DNA of 64,000 bases from Eledone cirrhosa (Eukaryota). How positions within the stretch are numbered: the first letter of the stretch is position 1; every line of letters starts with the position of its first letter. The notes beneath the pieces were generated by a model that worked only from the letters and a program-made list of their open reading frames with translations, did no database searches and was not told the origin of the DNA. Both the position numbers and the translations under genes were made by a program. Below, piece after piece: positions 1 to 12,341 of the stretch. The stretch lies in assembly GCA_964016885.1 (NCBI GenBank), contig OZ024741.1:64294001-64358000 (forward strand), in the 5' to 3' direction.

Positions 1-101
1 AATGAGAATGTTTCATTATCTTAAGAGTGTTATGTTATCTAATGTTTCCTTCGTATGTCTGTGTTTTATGAATGTGTCTATATATTATGTGAATGTGTAT
101 A

Positions 102-432
102 CGAGGGTTGACTGAAAAGTTCATAAGCTGATTATGACGGAGTAATGGTAGAGCTGTGAAATCTTGCATGCATTAATTTCATTTCCTCTTATTGTTTCTT
201 TCCATGGAATATGTTGAACAATAAACCTCATTTAGTCATTCCATGAGAGTATCTTGATCAGACTATGACGGAGTGATGCTAGAGCTATGAAATCTTGCAT
301 GCATTAATTTCAACTCTTATTGTTAATAACTGCATTGTTTCATTCCAGGGACTATGATGAAAAATAAACCTCATTTGGTCATTGCATGAGAGTATTTTGG
401 TCAGCCTATTAACTTTTCTGCCGAAGCCCTCG
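102..432. mobile_element. Tc1/mariner-type MITE
   Basis: Imperfect ~30-bp TIRs (TA|CGAGGGTTGACTGAAAAGTTCATAAGCTGA ... TCAGCCTATTAACTTTTCTGCCGAAGCCCTCG); internal ~130-bp-period duplication (133-180 vs 264-311); no transposase. Confidence 0.6.
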
Positions 433-851
433 TTTGCGTATGTGTGTATGTGTTGCAGTGTCTGGAGCGGCATGAGAGGAAACACAGCACGGTTAACTTT
501 TGGTATGGGTAACCGATTATCTATCAATATAGCTATCTATCTAATTATCTTTTTATATATATATATATATATATATACAATAAAGTATGTCCATAGAATC
601 ATTTGATAAAATATATACACCATTTCCTCTCCCAATCAGCATAATCAACCACACAAAAAACCAATTAAACCAGGCTATAAGATTAAAAGAAATAATAGAT
701 AAATAAACGACAGCTATCTATTCGCGATCAACAACTATAGAATATGTATCCAGTAGCATGTGGAAATCAATTAAATATATCGTCAACCATACACAATTAG
801 GTATAAAACCAAAGTTAGAAGAAAAGATGTATATAAACATACCAAAGTTAC

Positions 852-933
852 GTTTCTACCCCATGGAGTTTCATTTGCTTTTGGAAATATCCGATCAAGG
901 ATAAATTCACGAGCTTCGAAATCATCAGGAAAC
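852..933 (-). ncRNA. Type I hammerhead ribozyme-like motif in PLE pLTR remnant
   Basis: Minus strand: GTTTC-CTGATGA-[irregular stem II]-GAA-ACTCCATGGGGT(near-palindrome)-A^-GAAAC; stem I GTTTC/GAAAC. Confidence 0.6.
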
Positions 934-1206
934 AAACTCACTTGGACGAAGATTTTTCTTAGATGATCCCCGCCAGAAACGAATTCAAAATGTATAAGAA
1001 CTGTGACGTGGCAGTGGTCAAATCATATAGCTATATATATATATATATATATATTGTTATACTTTGGGAGGGTCATGTTGCCAATAAGAAACACACGCAC
1101 CAGTTGCTTTCACTTCAATTTATTATAAATGAAATTTATAAATTTAGGAATTTATAAATTTCCGGTTGGTTGGTTGGTTCCACAACCAGTCGATTGTTCA
1201 TATATT

Positions 1207-1249
1207 GTCAAAGTGCTTTCGTCACACATTCTGTGACCTCTTCAGTGAC
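1207..1249 (-). ncRNA. Hammerhead ribozyme-like motif (family B, left arm)
   Basis: GTCA-CTGAAGA-G-GTCAC..GTGAC-GAA-AGCACT-T^-TGAC. Confidence 0.6.
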
Positions 1250-1383
1250 TGGAGATTCTTTTCTTTGTTTTTGTGCCTCTCCTTTGTTCTGTCCTACGCC
1301 ATCTTGTTTTTGTGTGTGTTACAAAACAAGATGGCGTAGGACAGAACAAAGGAGAGGCACAAAAATAAAGAAAAGAATCTTCA

Positions 1384-1426
1384 GTCACTGAAGAGGTCAC
1401 AGAATGTGTGACGAAAGAAGTTTGAC
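1384..1426 (+). ncRNA. Hammerhead ribozyme-like motif (family B, right arm; stem III disrupted)
   Basis: GTCA-CTGAAGA-G-GTCAC..GTGAC-GAA-AGAAGT-T-TGAC. Confidence 0.45.
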
Positions 1427-1681
1427 AATATATGAACAATCGTCTGGTTGTGGAACCAACCAACCAACCGGAAACTTATAAATTCCTAAATTTATAAATT
1501 TAATTTATAATAAATTGAAGTGAAAGCAACTGGGGCGTGTGTTTCTTATTGGCAACATGACCCTCCCAAAGTATAACAATATCGGTTTCAACACACTTTT
1601 CCAGATACAGAATCTTGCTAAACAAATTCAGAAACGATATATATATATAGCTATATACCTATATAACTACCTCTCTCTCGC

Positions 1682-1886
<205 letters not shown>

Positions 1887-2056
1887 CTATCTAGCTAGCT
1901 ATATGTCTGAGGATATAACGCCAATTTATATTGAACTGCTAATATGATCGAACGGGTTTATTTCGGAAATTCTACCAAATCAATTCAACATCAATTTTAA
2001 CTTCGGTTTTCGTTTCCTCCTTTTACATCGAATGAAATGAAAACCAAAACTAACTC

Positions 2057-2682
2057 CATACACATACATACATACATAGCTACATACATACATACATACA
2101 TACATACATACATACATACATACATACATACATACATACATAGCTACATACATACATACATACATACATACATACATACATACATACATACATACATACA
2201 TACATACATACACACATACATGCATGCATGCATACATGCATGTATACATACATACATAAATACATACATATATGCGCACACATACATAGCTACATATGTA
2301 CATACATACACACACTCACATACATAAATACATACATATATACACACACATATACATAGCTACACACATACATACATACATACATACATACATACATACA
2401 TACATACATACATACATACATACAAGCATACATACTTACATGCATACATACATATATACATACATACACACACTCACATACATAAATACACACATATATA
2501 CACACACATACATAGCTACATACGTACATACATACATACACACATACATACATACAAGCATACATACTTACATGCATACATACATATATACATACATACA
2601 CACACTCACATACAAAAATATACACATATATACACACACATACATAGCTGCATACGTACATACATACACACATACATACATA
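2057..2682. repeat. (TACA)n compound microsatellite
   Basis: TACA units with degenerate higher-order repeats. Confidence 0.95.
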
Positions 2683-3087
2683 GTTTGGGACCACACATTG
2701 AAAACGTGTTCTGTTGTGGAGATCAGCTGCCCACTTGATGTAAACGTTGTCAGAAAAATACAGGAGAAGGAGGACATCTACGGACCATTGATTAGGAGTT
2801 TACAAATCCAGTATCCAAGATACACCTTTAGCTTCATACCCATCATTATTGGTGCTACGGGTTATATACCAACCCGCTTGGACCAAAGTATGACCGAACT
2901 TGGATTTGCGGACAAAAAGCGCAGCTCCCTAATTCATAGTCTACAAATGGCTGCGATAGCTGGCACCTTCAAAATTTGCAAAACATTCTTGCGATTCAAG
3001 GGATGACAATTTCTTTTCTTTTACAATCTTGCCACCAGGAAGGTGGCCGGTCAAAAAAATATACTCGAAATTAAGAGAAAGAGAAAA
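2683..3087 (+). mobile_element. 5'-truncated R4/Dong-like non-LTR element (REL endonuclease C-terminus + 3'UTR) in (CATA)n
   Basis: VWDHTLKTCSVVEISCPLD..KEDIY..IPIIIGATG..KTFL* (stop 3006); near-identical to 57151-57556; CATA repeats on both sides. Confidence 0.85.
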
Positions 3088-3372
3088 CATACATACATAC
3101 AAGCATACATACTTACATGCATACATACATAGACACATACATACATACATACATACATACATACATACATACATACATACATACATACATACATACATAC
3201 ATACACATATACATACATACACGCACTAACACCCACACACACACACACTTACATACATACATACATACAGACATACATACATACATACATGCATGCATGC
3301 ATACATACATACATACATACATACATACATACATACATACATACATACATACATACATACATACATACATAC
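3088..3372. repeat. (CATA)n microsatellite
   Basis: CATA tandem units. Confidence 0.95.
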
Positions 3373-3564
3373 ACTTACACATGTATACACAACAAACTAC
3401 ATCTCAATCAAGGTCAGTTTACATTGTTGCATGAAGTAAGATTTAAGATTTCCAATATGTTTGCTTTTCTTTAATTCTTTGAAAAAAATCACTGCATTAC
3501 ACAGAATTAACTCCATTATTCTGCTTTTAACGTTATTATTATTATTATTATTATTGTTGTTATT

Positions 3565-6500
3565 CCTTGAATCTCAGTCATTGATGTTGGTTAACTGGAA
3601 AGTCCGTTGGATTGAATATCAAGCCACTACCTGCAGCCTCAGATATTCAGGACGTATCGGAGGGTTCTTGCTGTTCCAAGCAAGCATGCCTTTTGAAGCG
3701 TTCCAAATAGCGTGAAGGGGCCGATTTTCTTTAACCATCCCTGGAAACTTTTGGAGATAGTCCCCAGTGCGCCTATAACAATCGGGATCACTTTGACTTC
3801 ATGGCAGTTCCAAATCCTTTTCACCTCCCACTTTAGGTCCTGGTATCGGTTAATTTTCTCCCTCTCCTTCTCTTGCACTCTCGTGTCGAACGGGCAGGCC
3901 ACATCCACAATCAGACACGATCTTTTTTCTTTGTCCACAACCACCAGGTCAGGTCTTTTGTGTTCCAGTTTTTTGTCCGTCTGTATCCTAAAATCCCACA
4001 GCACCTTCACCTGATTGTTCTCCATCACCGCCTCTGGCCTATGCTCATACCATTTCTCAGAATGTGGTAAATTGTTTACTTTGCACAGATGCCAGTGGAT
4101 CACCCTGCCCATCACATCGTGTCTCCAGCCCTTATAGTGGGTCTGGGCTAGGTGTTTACACTCGGACACAATGTGAGCCACAGTCTCCTCTCTCTCTCCA
4201 CAGATCCTGCACAGTGGGCTAGCCTCCTCCTTGTAGATATGGTGCTTCAACCACTTCGTTTTGAGGGCCTGCTCCTGCGCAGCCATTAGCATTCCTTCTG
4301 TAGCCTTTTTGAGGTCTCCTCTTCTCAACCAGTTCCATGTCTGTGGATCTCTAAATTCAGTTTTCTCAAAGAAGGTACTATGAAGGGATTTTCCCTTAAG
4401 GCTGCTCTTCCTCCTTGATGTTATTTCCTCCTTGGACATCCCCTGGCCTACTGTCCCCTCCTTCAGTACAGTTCTGAGCATTGGCTCCTTACTATAGGTC
4501 ACGTATTTGTATAGGTTGTTTTTCTCCATCTGAACACAGTCCTCTATGCTGATAAGACCTCTTCCACCCTCAGATCTCCTTAGGTAGAGTCTACCGACAT
4601 CACTCCTCTTGTGGAACATGTTGTAGATAGTCAATAGCTTCCTAGTCTTCCTATCCATTTCTTTTTGTTCAGCAACATTCCATCTCAGAATTCCCGCACT
4701 GTACCTAATAATAGACACAGCTCGGGAATTTACTGCGCTTATGGCATTTCTGCTGTTCAGGTGTGACTTCAATACGCTCCTTACTCTCCGAATGTATTCA
4801 GTTCTTAACAATTCCTTCATTTTTTTGTTCTTTATGCCATCAGCCTCCAGAACGCCCAAATACTTGTATCCTTCCTCAGAGTCAATTTCCTTTATCATCT
4901 CACCTGTTGGTATCTGGATCCCGTTACTTCTGCTCAACCTACCCCTCTTCATCACAATGACTCCACATTTACCAATACCAAACTGCATACATATATCACT
5001 GCTGAAAATACGGACAGTGTCAACAAGCACATCCAACTCCTTCTCACTTTTCCCGAAGAGCTTAAGATCGTCCATGAAGAGGAGGTGATTGATGGTAAGC
5101 TCTCCCCTTCCCAACTTGTATCCTGCTCTCACTTTTCGCAGCATAATGGTCAAGGGCATCAGGGCAAGGACAAACAACAGAGGGGACAGGATATCTCCCT
5201 GGAAGATACCTCTCTTGATCTTCACGCTTCCCAAGGATACTCCAGTTGATGTCAACTCTGTCTCCCAGGACCCCATACTCCTGCCTAGCAACTGTCTGAT
5301 GTTATCTGCCACCCTGAAGATCTCCAGGCTTTTGGTGATCCAGGAATGAGGCACCATGTCAAATGCCTTTCTGTAGTCTATCCATCCCATGGCAAGATCA
5401 GTGTGTCTCCTCCTGCAATTCCCCATTACCATCTTATCAATAAGTGACTGGTCCTTTGTACCACGTGACTTCTTTCGGCATCCTTTCTGTTCGTCCGGTA
5501 ACAAGTTGTTTGTGTGGAGGTGATGGTAGATTTCCTCAGACACAATGCTCGTCAACAGTTTCCACATTACGGACAGACATGTGATAGGTCTATAGTTGGT
5601 AACATCATTACCCTTGATTCGGTCTTTCATTATCAGAACTGTGGTACCTTTTGTCAACCACTCTGGCACCTCACCCGACACCAAGCAGTCATTGAACATG
5701 GCCGTCAGCTTCGGGTGGAGGGATGTTAAATGTTTAATCCAATACCCCTGCACACCATCTGGGCCTGGTGATTTCCAGTTGGTTAGTTTTTTGGCCTGCC
5801 CCTTAAGAGTTTCAACTGTGATACTCAAATCAGTTTGTTGTTGTGCCTGCTCACCGATCTCCCTCTGTACTGTCTCAATCCACCCTGCCTGGGCATTGTG
5901 TCTAACATCCTGCTCCCATATTCCTCTCCAGAATGTTTTAGTTTGCTCCGCCCCAGGGATCAAGTCGTTGCCTCTTTCTTTCCCCTCAAGCTGTCCAAAC
6001 AGCATCTTCTGGTTGTTGTCGAACATGCGGTTCTGTTTATACTGACTGACTCTGTTCTCGTATCGCCTGATTTTTGCACTCTTTGCTACAATGCGTTGCT
6101 TCACTTCCTCTATGATAATATTTAGCTTTTTCCTCCTAGTTTTGTATTTTATTTCCAGTCTATTTTTAGTGCCTATGTTTTTTAGTGTCCCATTCAGTAG
6201 TGACTCAAGCTTTCCTATGTCATTTCTCATTTCCCCGATTTGCCCACTCAGTCGCTTCTTCCACCACGGCTCTGCTCTTTCTTGTCTGTTGTTTCCTCTC
6301 GCTTTTATACCAAGTAGTTTCCTCACCGTATTTGCTGTTGCTTTGAGGATATTGTTGCACTGGTGAAGGCTCCTCGCCTCAAGGTATGGGATGACTTTGT
6401 TTACCTTAGCTGTTGTTTCTTTTAACTTTTTCCTGTCTACAAATCTTAGGTTCATAGGTCTCCCACTATCATTGTTCAATTCATTTACCACTAAATTTAG

Positions 6501-7368
6501 GATGTCAACCGAATCTTGTCCTAGCCCGTCAGCATTCATCTCCTCAGTGGCCGTATCTCTGTTCCAGGTATTATTTATCTCAGTATTCAGATCATTGTCT
6601 GCTTCGGGTGGTTCCTCCGTTCTCAGGACCTCTTCACCTTCATTTCCCACTGGCTCGCTTATCTGGCATACTACACCCGCCATCTCCAAGCCATTCTCTC
6701 TGCTCAGTTCCTCCAGTTCCAGCTCGCCTATCCATCCATTAGTTCTTATTACCCGAGCCTGCCCGGCCAATTGTTGTTCATCTAATTTAAATAAACCAAT
6801 CTCGTTCCAGATGTTATGCATCCGTCTCCTGTAGCCCCTCTCCTTGGGGTTACTTTTCAGGTAACATTGCATAACAGTTCTATTCAATTCTTTCGTCCAG
6901 TTGGTTCTGGCCCCTTTCCTTCTTCTCCTTCCTCCAACATCAGCAGTATTTGGTTGACAGTCAGGTTCCTGCTGCTGAGCCAGGGGGCACCTGTTGGGTG
7001 AGAGTCTGTCACATGACGTTCTAGTCTCCATTTCACCGTTATTCGAACTGTTTATGTTCGATATTTAAACACTCTTATCGAGGATTGGCGAATGTATGGT
7101 TACATATCCATCTGTGGATCCGCCATTCCACTTGGCCCTTGTGTGGCATTATCACCACGCTGTATACGAACACACATAAACAAACAAACACACAGGCAGA
7201 AAGGGCCCCAAAAATGAATAAGCATAAGTTTCATTGTAATGTAGTGTTCGAATGTCTGACTTAGTTTTTGTTTTTTAAGTTTTAGTTTCCCCCCCCCTCT
7301 TCTCTGTCTGTCCGCCTGCTTCTCTCTTCATTCTTATTTTCTTTACGTTTTTGGGGTTTTTTTTTTTT
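3565..7368 (-). mobile_element. R4/Dong-clade non-LTR retrotransposon, copy 1, in (TAA)n
   Basis: Single RT+REL ORF; (AAT)n tail; TAA repeats on both flanks; highly similar to 7400-11334. Confidence 0.92.
3639..7031 (-). CDS. Reverse transcriptase / CCHC zinc knuckle / restriction-like endonuclease polyprotein (1130 aa, uninterrupted)
   Basis: Myb-like WTKELN; KSPGPDG, NYRPITCL, DYRKAFDMV, QGD(I)LSP, LFMDDLKL, YKYLG; CRICGEREETVAHIVSEC; RHD..PDLVV..IVDVACP..K..RY. Confidence 0.93.
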   Translation of the reverse strand: METRTSCDRLSPNRCPLAQQQEPDCQPNTADVGGRRRRKGARTNWTKELNRTVMQCYLKSNPKERGYRRRMHNIWNEIGLFKLDEQQLAGQARVIRTNGWIGELELEELSRENGLEMAGVVCQISEPVGNEGEEVLRTEEPPEADNDLNTEINNTWNRDTATEEMNADGLGQDSVDILNLVVNELNNDSGRPMNLRFVDRKKLKETTAKVNKVIPYLEARSLHQCNNILKATANTVRKLLGIKARGNNRQERAEPWWKKRLSGQIGEMRNDIGKLESLLNGTLKNIGTKNRLEIKYKTRRKKLNIIIEEVKQRIVAKSAKIRRYENRVSQYKQNRMFDNNQKMLFGQLEGKERGNDLIPGAEQTKTFWRGIWEQDVRHNAQAGWIETVQREIGEQAQQQTDLSITVETLKGQAKKLTNWKSPGPDGVQGYWIKHLTSLHPKLTAMFNDCLVSGEVPEWLTKGTTVLIMKDRIKGNDVTNYRPITCLSVMWKLLTSIVSEEIYHHLHTNNLLPDEQKGCRKKSRGTKDQSLIDKMVMGNCRRRHTDLAMGWIDYRKAFDMVPHSWITKSLEIFRVADNIRQLLGRSMGSWETELTSTGVSLGSVKIKRGIFQGDILSPLLFVLALMPLTIMLRKVRAGYKLGRGELTINHLLFMDDLKLFGKSEKELDVLVDTVRIFSSDICMQFGIGKCGVIVMKRGRLSRSNGIQIPTGEMIKEIDSEEGYKYLGVLEADGIKNKKMKELLRTEYIRRVRSVLKSHLNSRNAISAVNSRAVSIIRYSAGILRWNVAEQKEMDRKTRKLLTIYNMFHKRSDVGRLYLRRSEGGRGLISIEDCVQMEKNNLYKYVTYSKEPMLRTVLKEGTVGQGMSKEEITSRRKSSLKGKSLHSTFFEKTEFRDPQTWNWLRRGDLKKATEGMLMAAQEQALKTKWLKHHIYKEEASPLCRICGEREETVAHIVSECKHLAQTHYKGWRHDVMGRVIHWHLCKVNNLPHSEKWYEHRPEAVMENNQVKVLWDFRIQTDKKLEHKRPDLVVVDKEKRSCLIVDVACPFDTRVQEKEREKINRYQDLKWEVKRIWNCHEVKVIPIVIGALGTISKSFQGWLKKIGPFTLFGTLQKACLLGTARTLRYVLNI

Positions 7369-7399
7369 TATTATTATTATTATTATTGTTATTGTTATT

Positions 7400-10300
7400 C
7401 CTTGAATCTCAGTCATTGATGTTGGTTAACTGGAAAGTCCGTTGGATTGAATATCAAGCCACTACCTGCAGCCTCAGATATTCAGGACGTATCGGAGGGT
7501 TCTTGCCGTTCCAAGCAAGCATGCCTTTTGAAGCGTTCCAAAAAGCGTGAAGGGGCCGATTTTCTTTAACCATCCCTGGAAACCTTTGGAGATAGTCCCC
7601 AGTGCGCCTATGACAATCGGGATCACTTTGACTTCATGGCAGTTCCAAATCCTTTTCACCTCCCACTTTAGGTCCTGGTATCGGTTAATTTTCTCCCTCT
7701 CCTTCTCTTGCACTCTCGTGTCGAACGGGCAGGCCACATCCACAATCAGGCACGATCTTTTTTCTTTGTCCACAACCACCAGGTCAGGTCTATTGTGTTC
7801 CAGTTTTTTGTCCGTCTGTATCCTAAAATCCCACAGCACCTTCACCTGACTGTTCTCCATCACCGCCTCTGGCCTATGCTCATACCATTTCTCAGAATGT
7901 GGTAGATTGTTTACTTTGCACAGGTGCCAGTGGATCACCCTGCCCATCACATCGTGTCTCCAGCCCTTATAGTGGGTCTGGGCTAGGTGTTTACACTCGG
8001 ACACAATGTGAGCCACAGTCTCCTCTCTCTCTCTCCACAGATCCTGCACAGTGGGCTAGCCTCCTCCTTGTAGATATGGTGCTTCAACCACTTCGTTTTG
8101 AGGGCCTGCTCCTGCGCAGCCATTAGCATTCCTTCTGTAGCCTTTTTGAGGTCTCCTCTTCTCAACCAGTTCCATGTCTGTGGATCTCTAAATTCAGTTT
8201 TCTCAAAGAAGGTACTATGAAGGGATTTTCCCTTAAGGCTGCTCTTCCTCCTTGATGTTATTTCCTCCTTGGGTATCCCCTGGCCTACTGTCCCCTCCTT
8301 CAGTACAGCTCTGAGCATTGGCTCCTTACTATAGGTCACGTATTTGTATAGGTTGTTTTTCTCCATCTGAACACAGTCCTCTATGCTGATAAGACCTCTT
8401 CCACCCTCAGATCTCCTTAGGTAGAGTCTATCGACATCACTCCTCTTGTGGAACATGTTGTAGATAGTCAATAGCTTCCTAGTCTTCCTATCCATTTCTT
8501 TTTGTTCAGCAACATTCCATCTCAGAATTCCCGCACTGTACCTAATAATAGACACAGCTCGGGAATTTACTGCGCTTATGGCATTTCTGCTGTTCAGATG
8601 TGACTTCAATACGCTCCTTACTCTCCGAATGTATTCAGTTCTTAACAATTCCTTCATTTTTTTGTTCTTTATGCCATCAGCCTCCAGAACGCCCAAATAC
8701 TTGTATCCTTCCTCAGAGTCAATTTCCTTTATCATCTCACCTGTTGGTATCTGGATCCCGTTACTTCTGCTCAACCTACCCCTCCTCATCACAATGACTC
8801 CACATTTACCAATACCAAACTGCATACATATATCACTGCTGAAAATACGGACAGTGTCAACAAGCACATCCAACTCCTTCTCACTTTTCCCGAAGAGCTT
8901 AAGATCGTCCATGAAGAGGAGGTGATTGATGGTAAGCTCTCCCCTTCCCAACTTGTATCCTGCTCTCACTTTTCGCAGCATAATGGTCAAGGGCATCAGG
9001 GCAAGGACAAACAACAGAGGGGACAGGCTATCTCCCTGGAAGATACCTCTCTTGATCTTCACGCTTCCCAAGGATACTCCAGTTGATGTCAACTCTGTCT
9101 CCCAGGACCCCATACTCCTGCCCAGCAACTGTCTGATGTTATCCGCCACCCTGAAGATCTCCAGGCTTTTGGTGATCCAGGAATGAGGCACCATGTCAAA
9201 TGCCTTTCTGTAGTCTATCCATCCCATGGCAAGATCAGTGTGTCTCCTCCTGCAATTCCCCATTACCATCTTATCAATAAGCAACTGGTCTTTTGTACCA
9301 CGTGACTTCTTTCGGCATCCTTTCTGTTCGTCCGGCAACAAGTTGTTTGTGTGGAGGTGATGGCAGATTTCCTCAGACACAATGCTCGTCAACAGTTTCC
9401 ACATTACGGGCAGACATGTGATAGGTCTATAGTTGGTAACATCATTACCCTTGATTCGGTCTTTCATTATCAGAACTGTGGTACCTTTTGTCAACCACTC
9501 TGGCACCTCACCCGACACCAAGCAGTCATTGAACATGGCCGTCAGCTTCGGGTGGAGGGATGTTAAATGTTTAATCCAATACCCCTGCACACCATCTGGG
9601 CCTGGTGATTTCCAGTTGGTTAGTTTTTTGGCTTGCCCCTTAAGAGTTTCAACTGTGATACTCAAATCAGTCTGTTGCTGTGCCTGCTCACCGATCTCCC
9701 TCTGTACTGTCTCAATCCACCCTGCCTGGGCATTGTGTCTAACATCCTGCTCCCATATTCCTCTCCAGAATGTTTTAGCTTGTTCCGCCCCAGGGATCAA
9801 GTCGATGCCTCTTTCTTTCCCCTCAAGCTGTCCAAACAGCATCTTCTGGTTGTTGTCGAACATGCGGTTCTGTTTATACTGACTGACTCTGTTCTCGTAT
9901 CGCCTGATTTTGGCACTCTTTGCTACAATGCGTTGCTTCAATTCCTCTATGATAATATTTAGCTTTTTACTCCTAGTTTTGTATTTTATTTCCAGTCTAT
10001 TTTTAGTGCCTATGTTTTTTAGTGTCCCATTCAGTAGTGACTCAAGCTTTCCTATGTCATTTCTCATTTCCCCGATTTGCCCACTCAGTCGCTTCTTCCA
10101 CCACGGCTCTGCTCTTTCTTGTCTGTTGTTTCCTCTCGCTTTTATACCAAGTAGTTTCCTCACCGTATTTGCTGTTGCTTTGAGGATATTGTTGCACTGG
10201 TGAAGACTCCTCGCCTCAAGGTATGGGATGACTTTGTTTACCTTAGCTGTTGTTTCTTTTAACTTTTTCCTGTCTACAAATCTTAGGTTCATAGGTCTCC

Positions 10301-11334
10301 CACTATCATTGTTCAACTCATCTACCACTAAATTTAGGATGTCAACCGAATCTTGTCCTAGCCCGTCAGCATTCATCTCCTCAGTGGCCGTATCTCTGTT
10401 CCAGGTATTATTTATCTCAGTATTCAGATCATTGTCTGCTTCGGGTGGTTCCTCCGCTCTCAGGACCTCCTCACCTTCATTTCCCGCCGGCTCGCTTGTC
10501 TGGCATACTACACCCGCCATCTCCAAGCCATTCTCTCTGCTCAGTTCCTCCAGTTCCAGCTCGCTTATCCACCCATTAGTTCTTATTACCCGAGCCTGCC
10601 CGGCCAATTTTTGTTCATCTAATTTAAATAAACCAATCTCGTTCCAGATGTTATGCATCCGTCTCCTGTAGCCCCTCTCCTTGGGGTTACTTTTCAGGTA
10701 GCATTGCATAACAGTTCTATTCAATTCTTTCGTCCAGTTGGTTCTGGCCCCTTTCCTTCTTCTTCTTCCTCCAACATCAGCAGTATTTCGTTGACAGTCA
10801 GGTTCCTGCTGCTGAGCCAGGGGGCACCTGTTGGGTGAGAGTCTGTCACATGACGTTCTAGTCTCCATTTCACCGTTATTCGAACTGTTTATGTTCGATA
10901 TTTAAACACTCTTATCGAGGATTGGCGAATGTATGTTTACATAGCCATCTGTGGATCCGCCATCCCACTTGGCCCTTGTGTGGCATTATCACCACGCTGT
11001 ATACGGACACACATAAACAAACAAACACACGGGCAGAAAGGGCCCCAAAAATGAATAAGCATAAGTTTCATTGTAATGTAGTATTCGAATGTCTGACTTA
11101 GTTTTTGTTTTTTAAGTTTTACTTTTTCCCCCCTCTTCTCTGTCCGTCCGCCTGCTTCTCTCTTCATTCTTATTTTCCTTTACGTTTTTGGGGTTTCTTT
11201 TTTTGTTTTTGTTTTTCTCTGTTTTTCTCGTTTTTTACTGTTGTTGCTGTGCTGCTTTTGTTGTTTGTTTTTTCTTTTTTTTCTTTTGAGTCTATCTATA
11301 TATTTTGATGCCTTCCTCTATATATTTTGATGCC
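7400..11334 (-). mobile_element. R4/Dong-clade non-LTR retrotransposon, copy 2 (longer 5' end)
   Basis: Tandem copy; 5' end extends ~140 bp further and ends in a 20-bp direct duplication (11295-11314/11317-11336) next to (TTA)n. Confidence 0.92.
7474..10868 (-). pseudogene. RT-REL ORF of copy 2 with a 2-nt frameshift in the (CT)n run at ~8022-8035
   Basis: ORFs 7983-10868 and 7474-8049 join into the same protein as copy 1; retains canonical QGDSLSP. Confidence 0.88.
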
Positions 11335-11378
<44 letters not shown>

Positions 11379-11559
11379 GTTGTTGTTGTTGTTGTTGTTC
11401 TTCGTCTTCTTCTTCTTATTATTACACCATCAAAACATACATACATGCCATGCATGTATACCAACATACATACACACATGCATGCATGTATACATACATA
11501 CACACACATGCATGCATGCATGTATACACATACAGATACATACTTAAACGTCGAGCACA

Positions 11560-11612
11560 CGTTTCTTTGTATTGTCCCCTACATGTCGGCCCTTGTGGCC
11601 AATAAATGAAAT
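11560..11612 (+). mobile_element. LINE 3'-end fragment (Tx1/L1-like tail); shorter copy at 11899-11927
   Basis: TTGTCCCC..GCCCTTGTGGCCAATAAATGAAAT resembles the 3' end of the 23074-23923 element (TTGTCCCAC..GCCCTAGTGGCAAATAAAAGAAAT). Confidence 0.5.
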
Positions 11613-11618
11613 CATTAA

Positions 11619-11810
11619 GGCGGTGGATTGGCAGTATCGGTAGAGGGTCGGACGCACATGCTTTGACACATAGAGTTACGGCCCTTGCCATTCTGAGTTC
11701 AAAATCCCGCCGAGGTTAACTTTGCCTTTTCATCCTTACGGGGTCGATAAAATAAAGTACCAGTAATACGCTGATATAATTGCTGGCCTTGTGCCAAAAG
11801 TAGAAATAAT
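11619..11810 (+). mobile_element. tRNA-derived SINE
   Basis: A-box TGGCAGTATCGGT, B-box GAGTTCAAAATCC, core GCCGAGGTTAACTTTGCCTTTTCATCC, (ATT)n tail; copies at 50117, 51160, 44262, 29570. Confidence 0.85.
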
Positions 11811-11929
11811 AATTATTATTATTGTTGTTGTTGTTGTTGTTGTTGTTGCTGTTTTTAGTTGCTGTTTTTGTTATTGGTTGTTATTATTATTATGGTGATG
11901 TCGGCCCTTGTGGCCAATAAATGAAATAA

Positions 11930-12183
11930 TTATTATTGTGGGGATGGTTTTGGTAGGTGTTGTTTATTTTTATTGTTGGTGTGGTGTTGTTGCTATTGTT
12001 TTTGTTGTTGGGTGTATGATGGTGGTGGTGTTGGTGGTGGTGGAGTGTTGGTGGTGGGTGTTGTTGGCGGTGGTGGTGATGGTTGTTGATGGTGGTAGTG
12101 TGTTTAATTGTGGTGGTGGTGGTGGTAGTGTTGTTGTTGTTGGGTTCGGTGGTGGTGGTGTGTGGTAGTGGGTGGTGTTAGTC

Positions 12184-12220
<37 letters not shown>

Positions 12221-12305
12221 GTAATGCAAGCAACTGACCCTGGTAATAGGTGATGTCTAAATTCTATAGAGCAGAGAAACCAAACTAAATCCCATTCTCA
12301 ACAAC

Positions 12306-12341
<36 letters not shown>

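Larger units (their letters stand above)
1051..1582. mobile_element. Fold-back PLE pLTR (family B), ~265-bp inverted arms
   Basis: 1051-~1312 is the reverse complement of ~1320-1582 with a few mismatches; each arm carries an HHR core; homolog at 26111-26426. Confidence 0.85.

Noticed and set aside
3712-10838. Plus-strand ORFs inside the Dong-like elements
   Set aside because: Antisense shadows of the RT ORF; conserved only because the copies are near-identical
10930-11000. Twister- or HDV-like ribozyme in the Dong 5'UTR
   Set aside because: TAA-TGCC..CCAAGT resembles twister but P4/P1 do not pair; no HDV P1/P3 nesting
11619-11715. tRNA gene
   Set aside because: A/B boxes belong to a SINE head; no full cloverleaf
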